From: Patescibacteria group bacterium
GTDB taxonomy: Bacteria > Patescibacteriota > Patescibacteriia > UBA1558 > GWA2-36-10
Reading direction: 5' to 3'
Length of the DNA stretch: 64,000 bases
NCBI GenBank assembly: GCA_028718865.1
Contig: JAQUKX010000001.1
Span: forward strand, 64,067 to 128,066
A program made the translations under genes and the position numbers. This document shows positions 19,922-30,700 of the stretch, one piece after another. The notes beneath the pieces were generated by a model that had not been told where the DNA came from, made no database searches, and saw nothing but the letters and a program-made list of their open reading frames with translations. Every line of letters starts with the position of its first letter. Position 1 is the first letter of the stretch.

Positions 19922-21703
19922 TTATCGGGCAGTAGCCCAGAAAATAAGCTGGCCACTTTTGGAACCAGACAAAGAAAATCCGGACGGCACAGCCAAGCGG
20001 ACATTGACCGCATTGCTGGCGGCCGTAGCCAAATTGGCCTGCCAGGCAGGCCAAAGTTGATTATCAAGCCTGACATTTTCTGCGAAAATATCCTCACCCA
20101 AAATACTTGACTCCAAATGAATATCCAGACTGCCCAGATTATTAACGATCACTATACTTTCGGCTGACTGACCGGGCCTGAGAGAGCCAAAGTTGATGCT
20201 AGACTGGCTAAGAGAAAAAGCCACTGTTCCCTCCTGCGGGCCAGGATCACTAGCTTCAATATAAGCCAAAAGATCCACGCTTTGCGATACTCCTTCGCCG
20301 ACGCTGGCAAATAGCTTTTCGCTACGGACATAATTGTCGCTGCCGGCAACAAAAAGCGGATAAACTCCATCGCTGGCAAAAGCAATTTCTGCTTGTCCGG
20401 CCGAGTCACTCTGATAATTTAAACTACCCGCTTTGATGTCGACACCGACCAAAGACTGCCAAACAGAACCGTCAAAATACTGAGTTAAAACAGTAATAAT
20501 TTCTCCTGCCTCGACTTGAAGCTTGTCAGCAGTCAAGCGGCTGGGGTAGAAAGGATAGCCGCCATAAGCCCACAAAACCTCATCATCGGCCGCCAGCTGA
20601 TAATTGTCAGCCGAGACTGTCCCGGCTTGCCAATTGACAAAATATTGCCAGCCACTGCTGCCTTGAGAATCAATACCGCCTATTGAAGATACATAAGGAC
20701 CATAGTCGGAATTTTCTATCTGATAAGTATAGCCGCAAATTTGTGCTGCTGCTGCCAAAATATCTAAAACCGTCACTGCTGATAAGCCTTGCGTCAAGCA
20801 CAAAGAATTATCCGGTCCTTCAATGCGTATTTTCTGGCCCAAAGGCAAAGGAGTATTACTCTCTTCTGACAAACTAAGATAATTGAGAGGATAATACTTG
20901 CCTGATAAAGCTACTAGCGCGTAGGCTGTCACCATAGCCGAGCCATTACTGTCGCTAGGCAGCCACAAAAAAGATCCGTTTGGCTGCAAAAGGCTGTTTA
21001 GAAAAACTACTGGATCAGCGCTATTTTTTTGCCAAGTCAAAGGACTGATATTCGCTTTGTTAAGCGCCGCTACGACCCAAGCTGTCGAAGCGCCGTCTGA
21101 CTGAGATCCAGCTTGATAAGGAAAACCACCGTCATCATTTTGCAAATCCTGTAAATAAACCAAGCTGGCTTGAAGCGGAGCTGAAGTCGGAGCCAATCCT
21201 GCGTCCAAAAGCGCCATTATAGCCGCTGCTGTATCATTGCTATCAGAATCATTTATCTCTACTGACCAGCTCCAGCCGCCATCCGAATTCTGCTGGCTTA
21301 AAATAAAATTTTTAATCTCCCCTATATTACTGCGTCTATCCGCCGCGGCCAAAGCCATCAGTCCCCAAGAATCATCATTGAGAAGCTCCGGCGAACCAAG
21401 CTGGCCATTGTTAAAATTATTTTCTACTGTATTGGCCAGCGCGACAATAGCGTCGCTATCTTGGCTGGCAACAGCCGCCAGAGCCAAAATATTTTTGGCA
21501 GCCGTCATTAAATCAGCCGTACCAGCATCAATATAAGAAATATCGGGATTGCTATAACCATTTGCTGCCAAAGCCTGCGTAATCCAACTGTTTTGATTTT
21601 GGCTCTGTAAATAAACAATACTGGCGCTATAATCAGCTTTGGCCGGAGCAAAAGAAAAAACCAGCGTCGCTACAAGCAGTAGTAAAATAATTCTTCTTTT
21701 CAT
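19922..21703 (-). CDS. Secreted prenyltransferase-like alpha/alpha-barrel + DUF4430 protein (transcobalamin-like, candidate B12 binder)
   Basis: Signal peptide; QNSDGGW/QNDDGGF/QPNGSF repeats; GPYVSSIGGI...GWQYFVN...ADNYQL...EVLWAY; cobalamin riboswitch upstream. Confidence 0.85.
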   Translation of the reverse strand: MKRRIILLLLVATLVFSFAPAKADYSASIVYLQSQNQNSWITQALAANGYSNPDISYIDAGTADLMTAAKNILALAAVASQDSDAIVALANTVENNFNNGQLGSPELLNDDSWGLMALAAADRRSNIGEIKNFILSQQNSDGGWSWSVEINDSDSNDTAAAIMALLDAGLAPTSAPLQASLVYLQDLQNDDGGFPYQAGSQSDGASTAWVVAALNKANISPLTWQKNSADPVVFLNSLLQPNGSFLWLPSDSNGSAMVTAYALVALSGKYYPLNYLSLSEESNTPLPLGQKIRIEGPDNSLCLTQGLSAVTVLDILAAAAQICGYTYQIENSDYGPYVSSIGGIDSQGSSGWQYFVNWQAGTVSADNYQLAADDEVLWAYGGYPFYPSRLTADKLQVEAGEIITVLTQYFDGSVWQSLVGVDIKAGSLNYQSDSAGQAEIAFASDGVYPLFVAGSDNYVRSEKLFASVGEGVSQSVDLLAYIEASDPGPQEGTVAFSLSQSSINFGSLRPGQSAESIVIVNNLGSLDIHLESSILGEDIFAENVRLDNQLWPAWQANLATAASNAVNVRLAVPSGFSLSGSKSGQLIFWATAR

Positions 21704-21724
21704 AAATTTTATTAAATTATTATT

Positions 21725-21751
21725 AAAAAACTCCGCCTAAGAAAAGCGGAG
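21725..21751 (-). terminator. Riboswitch-controlled intrinsic terminator
   Basis: CTCCGC TTTTCTTAG GCGGAG TTTTTT. Confidence 0.8.
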
Positions 21752-21785
21752 ACAAACCTATTATATTTAAATAATAAACTCATCC

Positions 21786-21899
21786 CTTTTCTCCTTAGGA
21801 AAAGACACAAGAACTCAGGTATCTGACTTATCCCGATTTTGTTAAAAATCGGGCTTACAGTAGCTAGGACTGTGGGGGTTTTGCACCCCGCTTCCCTGA
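21786..21899 (-). ncRNA. Cobalamin (B12) riboswitch, compact class-II-like
   Basis: TCAGGGAAG CGGGGTGCAAAACCCC CACAG TCCTAG CTACTGTAA...AAGTCAGATACCTGA (B12 box), then a P13 hairpin CTTTTC-CTAAGGA-GAAAAG whose loop is complementary to L5 TCCTAG. Confidence 0.88.
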
Positions 21900-21926
21900 T
21901 TTGGTTGTTAAAATACCAGCCAAGTT

Positions 21927-21955
21927 ATTCTAACAGGAAAAAAATCTCTTGGCAA
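21927..21955 (-). promoter_or_regulatory. sigma70 promoter of the riboswitch leader
   Basis: TTGCCA-N17-TAGAAT with extended -10 TG. Confidence 0.7.
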
Positions 21956-21961
21956 ATCAGC

Positions 21962-22432
21962 CTATTTTAAAGGCAATTTTTTGTTTTTGAGCAGACGGTT
22001 CAATTCTTTTTGAAAAGTTTTAGCGTCCTTAAAAGAGCGATAAACCGAAGCATAGCGGATATACGCTACTTGGTCAAAAGACTTAAGCCGCTTCATCAGT
22101 ATTTCGCCGATTTGCTGAGAGGTAATCTCGCTGCCAGACTGCTTTTGAATGTCCCTTTCTATGTCGCGAAACAACTTATAAAAATCCTCTTCCCGATAAG
22201 GCCTTTTTTCCAAAGGGATTTTCAGGCTTTTGATCAATTTCTCTTTGTTGTAGCTCTCCCGCCGGCCGTCGCGCTTGACCACGGTCAAATCCAATATTTC
22301 CATTTGCTCAACCGTAGAAAAGCGAAAATCGCAACGACTGCAAACTCGGCGGCGCCTAATACTAAAACCCTCGCCGCTTAAACGAGAGTCTATCACCTTA
22401 GTGTCCTTGCCTTTGCATTCCGGACAATGCAT
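21962..22432 (-). CDS. nrdR: Transcriptional repressor NrdR
   Basis: MHCPEC...VIDSR...IRRRRVC..C..RFSTVE; ATP cone; DQVAYIRYASVYRSF. Confidence 0.98.
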   Translation of the reverse strand: MHCPECKGKDTKVIDSRLSGEGFSIRRRRVCSRCDFRFSTVEQMEILDLTVVKRDGRRESYNKEKLIKSLKIPLEKRPYREEDFYKLFRDIERDIQKQSGSEITSQQIGEILMKRLKSFDQVAYIRYASVYRSFKDAKTFQKELNRLLKNKKLPLK

Positions 22433-22435
22433 GAA

Positions 22436-23629
22436 TTAACGGTTTTTTAATTTTTTTCTCAAAAAAGCCGGAATATCCAGTTCTTCCTCTTCTTTGCTTT
22501 TTTCCAATTCTATACGCTCTTCTTTTTCCTCATCTTCCTTTCTAGGTTTTTCAAAAGCACGCTTGAGAGTCCGCTCTTCTTCTTTTTTGGCAAAAGTTTC
22601 TGGGTAAGACAAACTGCTCTTGGACTGGCTAAGCGGTGCTGACGATGATTTCTCATGATCAGCCGCCTTAAATCCAGTGGCAATAACCGTCACTTTGATT
22701 TCATCTCCTAAAGACTCGTCAATCACCGCGCCAAAGATTATTTTGGCTTCTGGATCGCAGCTGCTGGTAATGACTTCCGCCGCTTCATTGACTTCCAGCA
22801 TGCTCAAACTGCTGTCGCCGCTGATAGTAAACAAGACTCCGGTCGCGCCGTTTATGGACAGCTCCAAAAGCGGACTGTCAATGGCGGCCTTGGCCGCATC
22901 CTTAGCTCGATTTTCACCGCTAGCTCGACCGATGCCCATCATGGCTGAGCCGGCCTGGTGCATAATGGCTTTGACATCGGCAAAGTCCACATTGACCAAG
23001 CCCGGGACAGTGATAACATCGGAAATACCCTGTACTCCTTGTTTTAATACTTCATCCACTATAGAAAATGCTTCTAGTAATGATGTCTTTTTTTCTATGA
23101 CCTGCAGCAAGCGGTCATTGGGAATAGTAATAATAGCATCCACTTTATCCAATAATTTTTCCAAGCCTCGCTGGGCTATTTCTCTTCTCTGCACTCCTTC
23201 AAAAGTAAAAGGCTTGGTCACTACCGCCACCGTCAAAGCCCCCACTTCTCTGGCCAGTGATGCAATCAAAGGCGCTGCACCCGTACCGGTACCTCCGCCC
23301 AAGCCGCAGGTAATAAACACCATGTCCGAGCCTTCCAGCTCGCTGATAATATCCTGCTCATTTTCCTCAGCGCTTTTGAGGCCTAGATCTGGATCCATGC
23401 CTGCTCCCAAGCCGCGCGTGGTATTTTTGCCAATGTGAATTTTTCTAGGAGCAACTGAGTGATGCAAAGCCTGAGCATCGGTATTGACGGCAATAAAATC
23501 AATTCCCCGGATTTTGGCTGTTACCATCCGATTGATAGCTGATCCGCCCGAACCGCCCACGCCGACTACTTTGATGTTGGCAAAAGCCTCTATAGGAGGA
23601 ATGACTTCTTTGATGTTTTTTCTAACCAT
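22436..23629 (-). CDS. ftsZ: Cell division protein FtsZ
   Basis: GLGGGTGTGAAP, NVDFADV, C-terminal LDIPAFLRK. Confidence 0.99.
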   Translation of the reverse strand: MVRKNIKEVIPPIEAFANIKVVGVGGSGGSAINRMVTAKIRGIDFIAVNTDAQALHHSVAPRKIHIGKNTTRGLGAGMDPDLGLKSAEENEQDIISELEGSDMVFITCGLGGGTGTGAAPLIASLAREVGALTVAVVTKPFTFEGVQRREIAQRGLEKLLDKVDAIITIPNDRLLQVIEKKTSLLEAFSIVDEVLKQGVQGISDVITVPGLVNVDFADVKAIMHQAGSAMMGIGRASGENRAKDAAKAAIDSPLLELSINGATGVLFTISGDSSLSMLEVNEAAEVITSSCDPEAKIIFGAVIDESLGDEIKVTVIATGFKAADHEKSSSAPLSQSKSSLSYPETFAKKEEERTLKRAFEKPRKEDEEKEERIELEKSKEEEELDIPAFLRKKLKNR

Positions 23630-23659
23630 TATTTTGAATTAGTCAATTTACTTATTATT

Positions 23660-24919
23660 TTAAGAAGAAGGCCAAATTGATTTAAACCAATTTTTCAATT
23701 TGGAACTGGTTTTGGCTGCTGAAGAAAAAGGCGACAAATGAGACAAAAATCCGCTGCTGAAATTGATGTTTTGGTGCGCCCAAATCACTAAACCCAGAGC
23801 TGTAGTATACTCTAAATCATTTATCTTATCTATGGCAAAATTACGGTTGCTGGGCAAGCCTAAAAAAGCCGGCAAACCCAAAACTTTTTTGGCCAATTCC
23901 TCCACTAGAGCCAGCTTAGCGCCACCACCGGTCAAAACCACCCCAGCCGGCAACTTGCCTTCTTTGCCAATTTTTTTCAATTCTTGATTTAGCAAAGAAA
24001 AAATCTCCTCCATCCTGGCTTCACAAATCTCAGCTATGTCTTTTTTGTAAACATAGGAGCCTTTTTTCTCGTCTTCAGAATACTTGTGCAGATCCACTTC
24101 GTCTCTTTTGGCAATGCCCTCGCTGATGGCCTGAGCATGATCTATTTTGACTGCTTCGGCCACTTCTACCGAAGTCTTGAGTCCAATAGCCAAATCATTG
24201 GTAATATGACCGGCACCAACTGGCAGAACCGCCGTATGCAAAATATTGCCTTCTTCAAAAACAATCAAAGAAGTAGTAGCTGATCCGATGTTGACCACGG
24301 CCACGCCCAAATCTTTTTGCCGAGGAGTCAAAACTGCCTCAGCTGTAGACAAAATGGAAAAAACAATGGTTTCAATATCTACTCCTGTTCTATAAATAAC
24401 TTTGGTGAGATTTTTAACCTGGGAAGACAAAGCCATAATCACCTGCGTTTCTACTTCCAGACGCACACCGGACATGCCTTGAGGCTCTTTGAGGCCTTTT
24501 TGGTCATCAAGATTATAGCTAATAGGCAAAACATGTAAAACTTCGTAATTGGGCAAAGTAGTAGTGCTCTCTGCCACCTCTAGAGCTCTTTCTACATCAG
24601 AATCCTCTACCTGCTCATTGGCTTTGGCTACAGCGACCACTCCTTTACTGGGCAAAGTCTTGATATGAGCGCCGGCAATACCAACCACGATCTTATCAAT
24701 ACGCTGACCAGTCATTCTTTCGCATTTTTCTATGGTCTCGGAAATGCAAGAAACCGCCTCTTCAATAGAGGCGATGCTACCGCGGCTAATACCCTCGGCT
24801 GGTGTCTCTGCCGCGCCAATAATACTCAATCGGCCATCGGCTACCACCTGTCCCATCACTATCCGAATACTGCTCGTGCCTATGTCCAGTCCGCAAATTA
24901 TGTCTTTTTTACTTGCCAT
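23660..24919 (-). CDS. ftsA: Cell division protein FtsA
   Basis: GLDIGTSSI, GVVLTGGGA; upstream of ftsZ; start at ATG 24919 preferred. Confidence 0.97.
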   Translation of the reverse strand: MASKKDIICGLDIGTSSIRIVMGQVVADGRLSIIGAAETPAEGISRGSIASIEEAVSCISETIEKCERMTGQRIDKIVVGIAGAHIKTLPSKGVVAVAKANEQVEDSDVERALEVAESTTTLPNYEVLHVLPISYNLDDQKGLKEPQGMSGVRLEVETQVIMALSSQVKNLTKVIYRTGVDIETIVFSILSTAEAVLTPRQKDLGVAVVNIGSATTSLIVFEEGNILHTAVLPVGAGHITNDLAIGLKTSVEVAEAVKIDHAQAISEGIAKRDEVDLHKYSEDEKKGSYVYKKDIAEICEARMEEIFSLLNQELKKIGKEGKLPAGVVLTGGGAKLALVEELAKKVLGLPAFLGLPSNRNFAIDKINDLEYTTALGLVIWAHQNINFSSGFLSHLSPFSSAAKTSSKLKNWFKSIWPSS

Positions 24920-24987
24920 GATTAGCGCCAAAACTTAACTTATGATTATTAATTATAACTAAATTATTGATTTTTGCCAAATGATAT

Positions 24988-25326
24988 TTATAAAAAAATA
25001 AGCGCTCCTATTATCAGAGCAAAGATACTGGCCAAAAGCACTGTAGCAGCTGCCAAATCCTTGATCTCCTTAGCAAAGGCATGAGTACGTGGGGCTAAAA
25101 TATCCACTAGCCGCTCCAAAGCCGAATTGACTATTTCTAGAGACAAAATCAAAGCAATAGTAACTATCAATATCAGCCAAGACTTGATATCAAGCTGTCT
25201 TTGCCAAGCCAATAAAAGAACTAAAAAAGCTATCACTACCTGAATCCGAAAAGTTTTTTCAGTTTTAAAAACCGTCTTTAATCCCCGAAATGCGTGTCTA
25301 AAACTGCGCCAAAGCGATTGAAACAT
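24988..25326 (-). CDS. dgkA: Diacylglycerol/undecaprenol kinase family
   Basis: SFRHAFRGL, EIVNSALERLVD, KDLAAA. Confidence 0.92.
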   Translation of the reverse strand: MFQSLWRSFRHAFRGLKTVFKTEKTFRIQVVIAFLVLLLAWQRQLDIKSWLILIVTIALILSLEIVNSALERLVDILAPRTHAFAKEIKDLAAATVLLASIFALIIGALIFL

Positions 25327-25331
25327 AAAAT

Positions 25332-25745
25332 TTATTTTGCTAAATCTCCCAATATCTCCTCTTCTAGTTTTGTTTGCTGCTTGGCCTCTTGTGCGCTTCT
25401 TTCATGGTCATAGCCCAAAAGATGCAATATCCCATGAACCGTCAAAAGCTGCAGTTGGGACTTGAGGCTTTGTTTTTTTTCTTTGGCTGCCTGCCTGGCT
25501 TGATTGACGGAAATAAGCACCTCACCCAATTCATCGCTAGCAGCCAAAGAAAAGGATAAAACATCAGTAGCCTTGTCTTTGCCGCGGTAAACCCTGTTCA
25601 ATTCCTTCATCTCTTTATCCGACAACAGAGCAATAGAGACATTTTTCAAGTAGCCAAAACGTTTATTGATTATTTTTTCCAAACTTCCCAGCCAAGAAAA
25701 GTCTGCTCGCTGTCCTCTTTTGTTCAAAAACAAAAAATTAGCCAT
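25332..25745 (-). CDS. ybeY: rRNA maturation endoribonuclease YbeY
   Basis: LNRVYRGKDKATDVLSF, HGILHLLGYDH. Confidence 0.97.
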   Translation of the reverse strand: MANFLFLNKRGQRADFSWLGSLEKIINKRFGYLKNVSIALLSDKEMKELNRVYRGKDKATDVLSFSLAASDELGEVLISVNQARQAAKEKKQSLKSQLQLLTVHGILHLLGYDHERSAQEAKQQTKLEEEILGDLAK

Positions 25746-25763
25746 AAATAGAATTACAATAGC

Positions 25764-26789
25764 CTACATACTACTATCCAAAAGCTCAAAGCTGTTTTGC
25801 ATCATTTGAAAAGTAGTATGGAAATTCTCGGTCAAAGCCGCGCCGCTTTCGTAAATAAGTATATAAATAAACTGATTGTTCACTGCCAAAATTTGCTTGC
25901 CGTCAGCTGAGCGCAAAGCTGGTTGTCCAGCCAGAGAATAATTTTGCATATTAGCTGCCGACGGCAACAGATTGCCCAGCTCCTGCCTGGCTTGACTAAG
26001 CGTCAATGCTCCGTCGTTGGCCATGGCATAAATAATGAAAAACTCCCCGGTCTCGGAATCCGGCAAAATCATAATCTGAGATAAGTCATTGCCAATAGCT
26101 TGCGCTACCCAAGGATTGGGCTTGAGCAATGAATAGCCGAACAAAGAATTAATAAACCTGTCTACCAGACCCGAATCTTCCAAACGTCCCGGGCCAAGAG
26201 GGTTATAAAGGTTGACTATCTCCATGCCATCGCTATAACCATCGCGGTCAGTATCAGGATTGTTGGGGTCAGTGCCATAGAGCATTTCTTCTTCATAAGT
26301 AAGCATATCATTATCAGCGTCTATATTGGTAATGGGCGCTGGCTCTGGAGTAGGCGTAGGTTCTGGTATTGGCGCTGGCTCTGGAACCGGCTCGGGTTCT
26401 GGCTGAACTTGCCCAGGTGGCGCCTGAATATTATTGTCAGCCGCGGGAGCTTGCTGGCCTGTCTGACTATCAGCCGGCAAGACCGGCTCTTCTGCTTGGG
26501 AAAAATACCAAAAAATACCCGCTAAGACTCCCCCTGAAATAAACATAAAAACCAAAGTAAAAATAACTATGCCTTTGACCGGTGATTTGACTCGGCTAGC
26601 TTTGACTGTCTTGCCCGGCGAAGCTGGCTTAGGCTCATTTTTGGAAATAGTGAATTTACCCGGCATAACATAAATAGAAGATTGATCAATCTCCGGCTCT
26701 GGAATGCTTTTGGGCTGGATATTTTCCTGATCCTGATCGCTGGCCTGATTAAAATTATTTGGATTTTTTGGGCTGCCAAAATTAAGCAT
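25764..26789 (-). CDS. Single-pass membrane protein with Pro-rich linker, Ca-binding (bacterial TSP3-like) repeat and PsbP-like C-terminus
   Basis: TM helix; PEPEP linker; DADND/DTDRDGYSDG..E repeats. Confidence 0.8.
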   Translation of the reverse strand: MLNFGSPKNPNNFNQASDQDQENIQPKSIPEPEIDQSSIYVMPGKFTISKNEPKPASPGKTVKASRVKSPVKGIVIFTLVFMFISGGVLAGIFWYFSQAEEPVLPADSQTGQQAPAADNNIQAPPGQVQPEPEPVPEPAPIPEPTPTPEPAPITNIDADNDMLTYEEEMLYGTDPNNPDTDRDGYSDGMEIVNLYNPLGPGRLEDSGLVDRFINSLFGYSLLKPNPWVAQAIGNDLSQIMILPDSETGEFFIIYAMANDGALTLSQARQELGNLLPSAANMQNYSLAGQPALRSADGKQILAVNNQFIYILIYESGAALTENFHTTFQMMQNSFELLDSSM

Positions 26790-26823
26790 GATTTCTCAAG
26801 TTTACTGATTATATAAAAATTTT

Positions 26824-27741
26824 TTAATATAAGCGACCTGTACTTTGATATCTACCCAGAGCTTCTTCTATATGCTGCATGGGACGGAAGAAAAAATCAT
26901 CCGGCACTTGCTCCCAGAAGCTAGCTGGCAAGGGTATGGGCATAGCCGGCATTTCATCCAAAAGACCCGGGCCAAGAGGATTATAGTCATTTTCCACTTC
27001 TACTCCATCGCTATAGCCATCGCGGTCAGTGTCGGGATTGTTGGGGTCAGTGCCATAGATAAATATCTCTTCGTAATCAGTCAAACCGTCACCGTCAGTA
27101 TCAGCCAATAGTGGATTGGTGCGATAAACTCTCACCTCGTCATAATCCAGCACGCCGTCATTATCCGTGTCAGGATCATAAGGATTGGTACCCAAGGCTC
27201 TTTCTTCAGCATCACTTAGTCCATCCAGATCGCTGTCTAAAAACCTGTCATCGCCTATATCAATGATGGGATCAACATCTATGGGCGGCTCGTCGCCATT
27301 GCCGTTTTGCCCATTTACTGGTGGTTGCTCAATCGGCAAACCACCCCCTTCCGGCAAAAAATCGCTTCTAAAAACAAAATAATAAAAAGCGCCCCCCGCC
27401 AGTAGCAAAAGAAAAAATACTGATAACACTATAATTATTTTTTGCTTGGGACTTTGCCCCTCGGGAATATCTTGGCTAACCAAGTCTGCCGGCAAAGCTG
27501 GAGCCATTTGTTCGCTCTGCTGAGACGCTTCAGCAGTAGCTAAAGGTAAGCCTTGGTTGGGTGATATGGGCTGCATTTTGCCAGAACGCAAAGCACTAGG
27601 CTTCTCTTCAAATGAAGCGGCTCTTGCGACTGGCGACTGATTGACTTGGGAAGTTGGATCAACATCGGCAAACATATCGTCCAGCTTTTTCGGAACTTGG
27701 CCAGAACTCTGATTTTGATCTTTTTTTAAGTCATCAAACAT
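26824..27741 (-). CDS. Single-pass membrane protein with bacterial TSP3-like Ca-binding repeats
   Basis: Four D[ST]DxDG.[STL]D..E...TNP-type repeats after a TM helix. Confidence 0.85.
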   Translation of the reverse strand: MFDDLKKDQNQSSGQVPKKLDDMFADVDPTSQVNQSPVARAASFEEKPSALRSGKMQPISPNQGLPLATAEASQQSEQMAPALPADLVSQDIPEGQSPKQKIIIVLSVFFLLLLAGGAFYYFVFRSDFLPEGGGLPIEQPPVNGQNGNGDEPPIDVDPIIDIGDDRFLDSDLDGLSDAEERALGTNPYDPDTDNDGVLDYDEVRVYRTNPLLADTDGDGLTDYEEIFIYGTDPNNPDTDRDGYSDGVEVENDYNPLGPGLLDEMPAMPIPLPASFWEQVPDDFFFRPMQHIEEALGRYQSTGRLY

Positions 27742-27767
27742 GATTTTTTACTATAATTTTTATAAAA

Positions 27768-30700
27768 CTAAGGAGTAGGTAAAGTACAATCCATAAACCC
27801 ATCACCACGGCCATCACAGAAAGTGGAATTAATCACTGATATAGTAGCCGCTGACCAGCCAGTAGTACTACTCAAATACCTGCCACCAGTGCCATCTGCC
27901 AAACATTGTCCATGAGCAGCCAATTCTGCGTGAAAATTAGTAAACAATACCGGACTAATAGCAACTTTTGTATTCTGAGAATTGGCCAAATCTATGGAAT
28001 GAGCTAAAACATCATGAGTGCCTGAACCAAAACTTGTATCTGGATTACAGTTTTCATTTGCTCTCAAAATAGATGCATTACTACCGCAATAACCACCTTC
28101 ATCGCTTACTGGAATAAGCAACCTGTGATATCCTGGTAGCCAATTATAATCTGGAATTATCTTGGTCATAGCATAGCCCCAGTTACTCAATCGTCCAGCT
28201 GCGTCGCCATGTCCGCTTATAAAACCCGGGTCAGGATTACCTATTATATTTAAATAATCCTGGCATCTTTCTCCGTAAAGAACTTGATCCCCATCTGCAG
28301 AAACTTCGCTGTTAATATCATTACTACTATTGTTATAAAAACTCAAATAACGAACTCTTTGGTTATAAGGAGCCTGGCGTAAAGGACAGTCAGTATACAA
28401 AGCTTTGAAGACTACTTGTGATTCATCTAGCCAGCCAGCCGATCCGAGCCAAGGCGATAAGCTCGGTATATCGTCAATGGTGATAGGTGTTAAATAAGTA
28501 GGAGTTACCGGATTGGTATATACACCGCCTCCTGGAACACCAGAGCCATCGGCCGATACTATACCACCGTCATTATCCCCCATTACAAAAATGGATATAC
28601 GATAATCAATGTCCCCGTAAGCGCCACTATCTAAATTATTCACCACCTGCTGCAAAGAGCTGCAAAGAGCGACCGCTCTATCATACATACTACCAGAAAC
28701 ATCAAATACATACACTATGTCTATATCTTTCTCTATCTGCACCGCTGGATCAAAACCAGTATCGCATTGTTCCCACTGCTGCACTATTCCGTCGCCGCAC
28801 CAACCGCCGGTATTGCCGCAACTAACACACTCGTACTGATTGTTGGGAGAGGAAAAATTAGCAAAATTGCTACCCCTAGGCCAAGGGAAACTACCGCCTG
28901 GAGGATTATTGCCACCCGGACCCCAATCGCAGCCTTCGCCAAAAAATACCTGTCTAATTCCGTCACCGCAATAAGGGCCGCTGGGATCGCTTCTTTGACA
29001 CATAAAGCTCCCTGTCATATCACAAGTATAAGTATTGTCCGGACCTGATTGAGCCGGCAAAGGTCTATTTGGATAATGCAGGCCATCACAAACCTCACTA
29101 TAAGCCAATTGGGCAATGCCGTCGCCGCAGTAACCGCCTATTCTAGCTAGACAATCCGCTCGGCAAGAATACTGATTAGTCTGACTTGACTGATCGGGCG
29201 AAGGCGGTGCCGGGCTTTGAGTTATACCTCGCCAAGGATCGCCTGGATCACAGAATTCATCATTACCCAAATCCCAAACGCCGTCGCCGCACCAACCGCC
29301 ATAAGTAGGAGAACAAGCTCCGTAGTTAAGCCCGTTATAAGTAAAATATCCAACTCCATGTGGACGACAAGCGTATTGATTAAAAGGAGTAGAATTAGGA
29401 GGGCTGGGCGTACTATAATTCATCAGATAATCACAATTCTCACCGAATTGAGATTGTAAAGTACCGTCGCCGCAATACTGGCTGGTAAATTGACACAATG
29501 TATTGCAAGCATAGGCTAAATTAGGACCAGAATCATGCGGGCTGGGTGTACTATAATTCATATAATCACACTGCTCTTCCGCTTGCACTATGCCATCACC
29601 GCAATACCCGGCATAAGGGGCGCCAACACTACAAGTCACTTGGCAAGAGCTGTTGCAACTAGCCACGCCGCCATTGGTACAGCCCCAGGTACTCAAGCCG
29701 CTGGGACTGGCTGATGAGTCACACTGCTCTATACCTGCCGACCAAACACCGTCACCACAACGAGCAGCTGGGTAAGCATTGGGTCCTTGATTACACATTG
29801 CCTGACAGCCTTGGCCACAGAATAAACCATGTCCAGACTGACAAATAAAATCACCAGCAAAATTATTACCTTCGCACTGCTCATAATAAGACTGAATAGT
29901 GCCATCACCACAATAACCACCGCATTCAGCCTCACCAAAAGGCGGATCTGGTACATACCAAGTACAGCTGATATCATTGCCGTTGGAGCCAATGGTGCCA
30001 GGCGGATTACAACCAACCATACGCGGTGTCCACCAATCATAGTTAGCTGGACAAGCATTTATAAATCCACCGTCACACTGCTCATTACCGTCAACTATAC
30101 CGTTACCGCAATAAGGACTAGCTGGCCCGCCAGGAGCATTGAGGTTTGTAGCATTACAATAACTAACCAAACCCAAATTGACATTTATACCTAAAGAAGA
30201 AAGTGTTGGTCGCAATCTATTAACAAAATTAATATTATACTGCGCCGGATAAATATCATATTCAAAGTTGGCACCTAAGTCATAATCCTGCCCCCCTGAT
30301 AAAACATTGTATAAATAAACTAAAGAATTTTGAGGACAAACAAAAGTATTAGGATCAACCGACTGATTCCAGCAAGTAGCAGGGTCAGCCCCCTCTGGAC
30401 AACCATTAAATCTATTAATTGGGTCAACTGCTGCCAATGAACCTAAGGCGGAAGAAAAAGCATCCTGCCAAGACGGCCAAGGGCTGGTAGACATGCCTTG
30501 GACATAAGTACCGGCTCCTAAAATAGGGTAATAAGGCCTGCAAGTTTGAGTACCGGGGCAATCATTATCTTGAGCGCAAGCCATCAAACTATTACCGCTG
30601 CAAGCTTTGTGACTTTGGCCGTATTCTTCCAGTCGCAAAGCTATACTAACCAAATCTGCCAAACGCTTGGTATCACGACGGAGCTTGAGTCCTTGGGAAA

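Noticed and set aside
22677-23438. 253-aa plus-strand ORF, and similar antisense ORFs over tuf, gyrB, hisS and rpsL
   Set aside because: Shadow frames antisense to highly conserved genes
28750-30120. Repeated DNA motifs considered as a CRISPR array or DGR template/variable repeats
   Set aside because: They are in-frame Cys-rich protein repeats with irregular spacing; no cas or reverse transcriptase gene in the window
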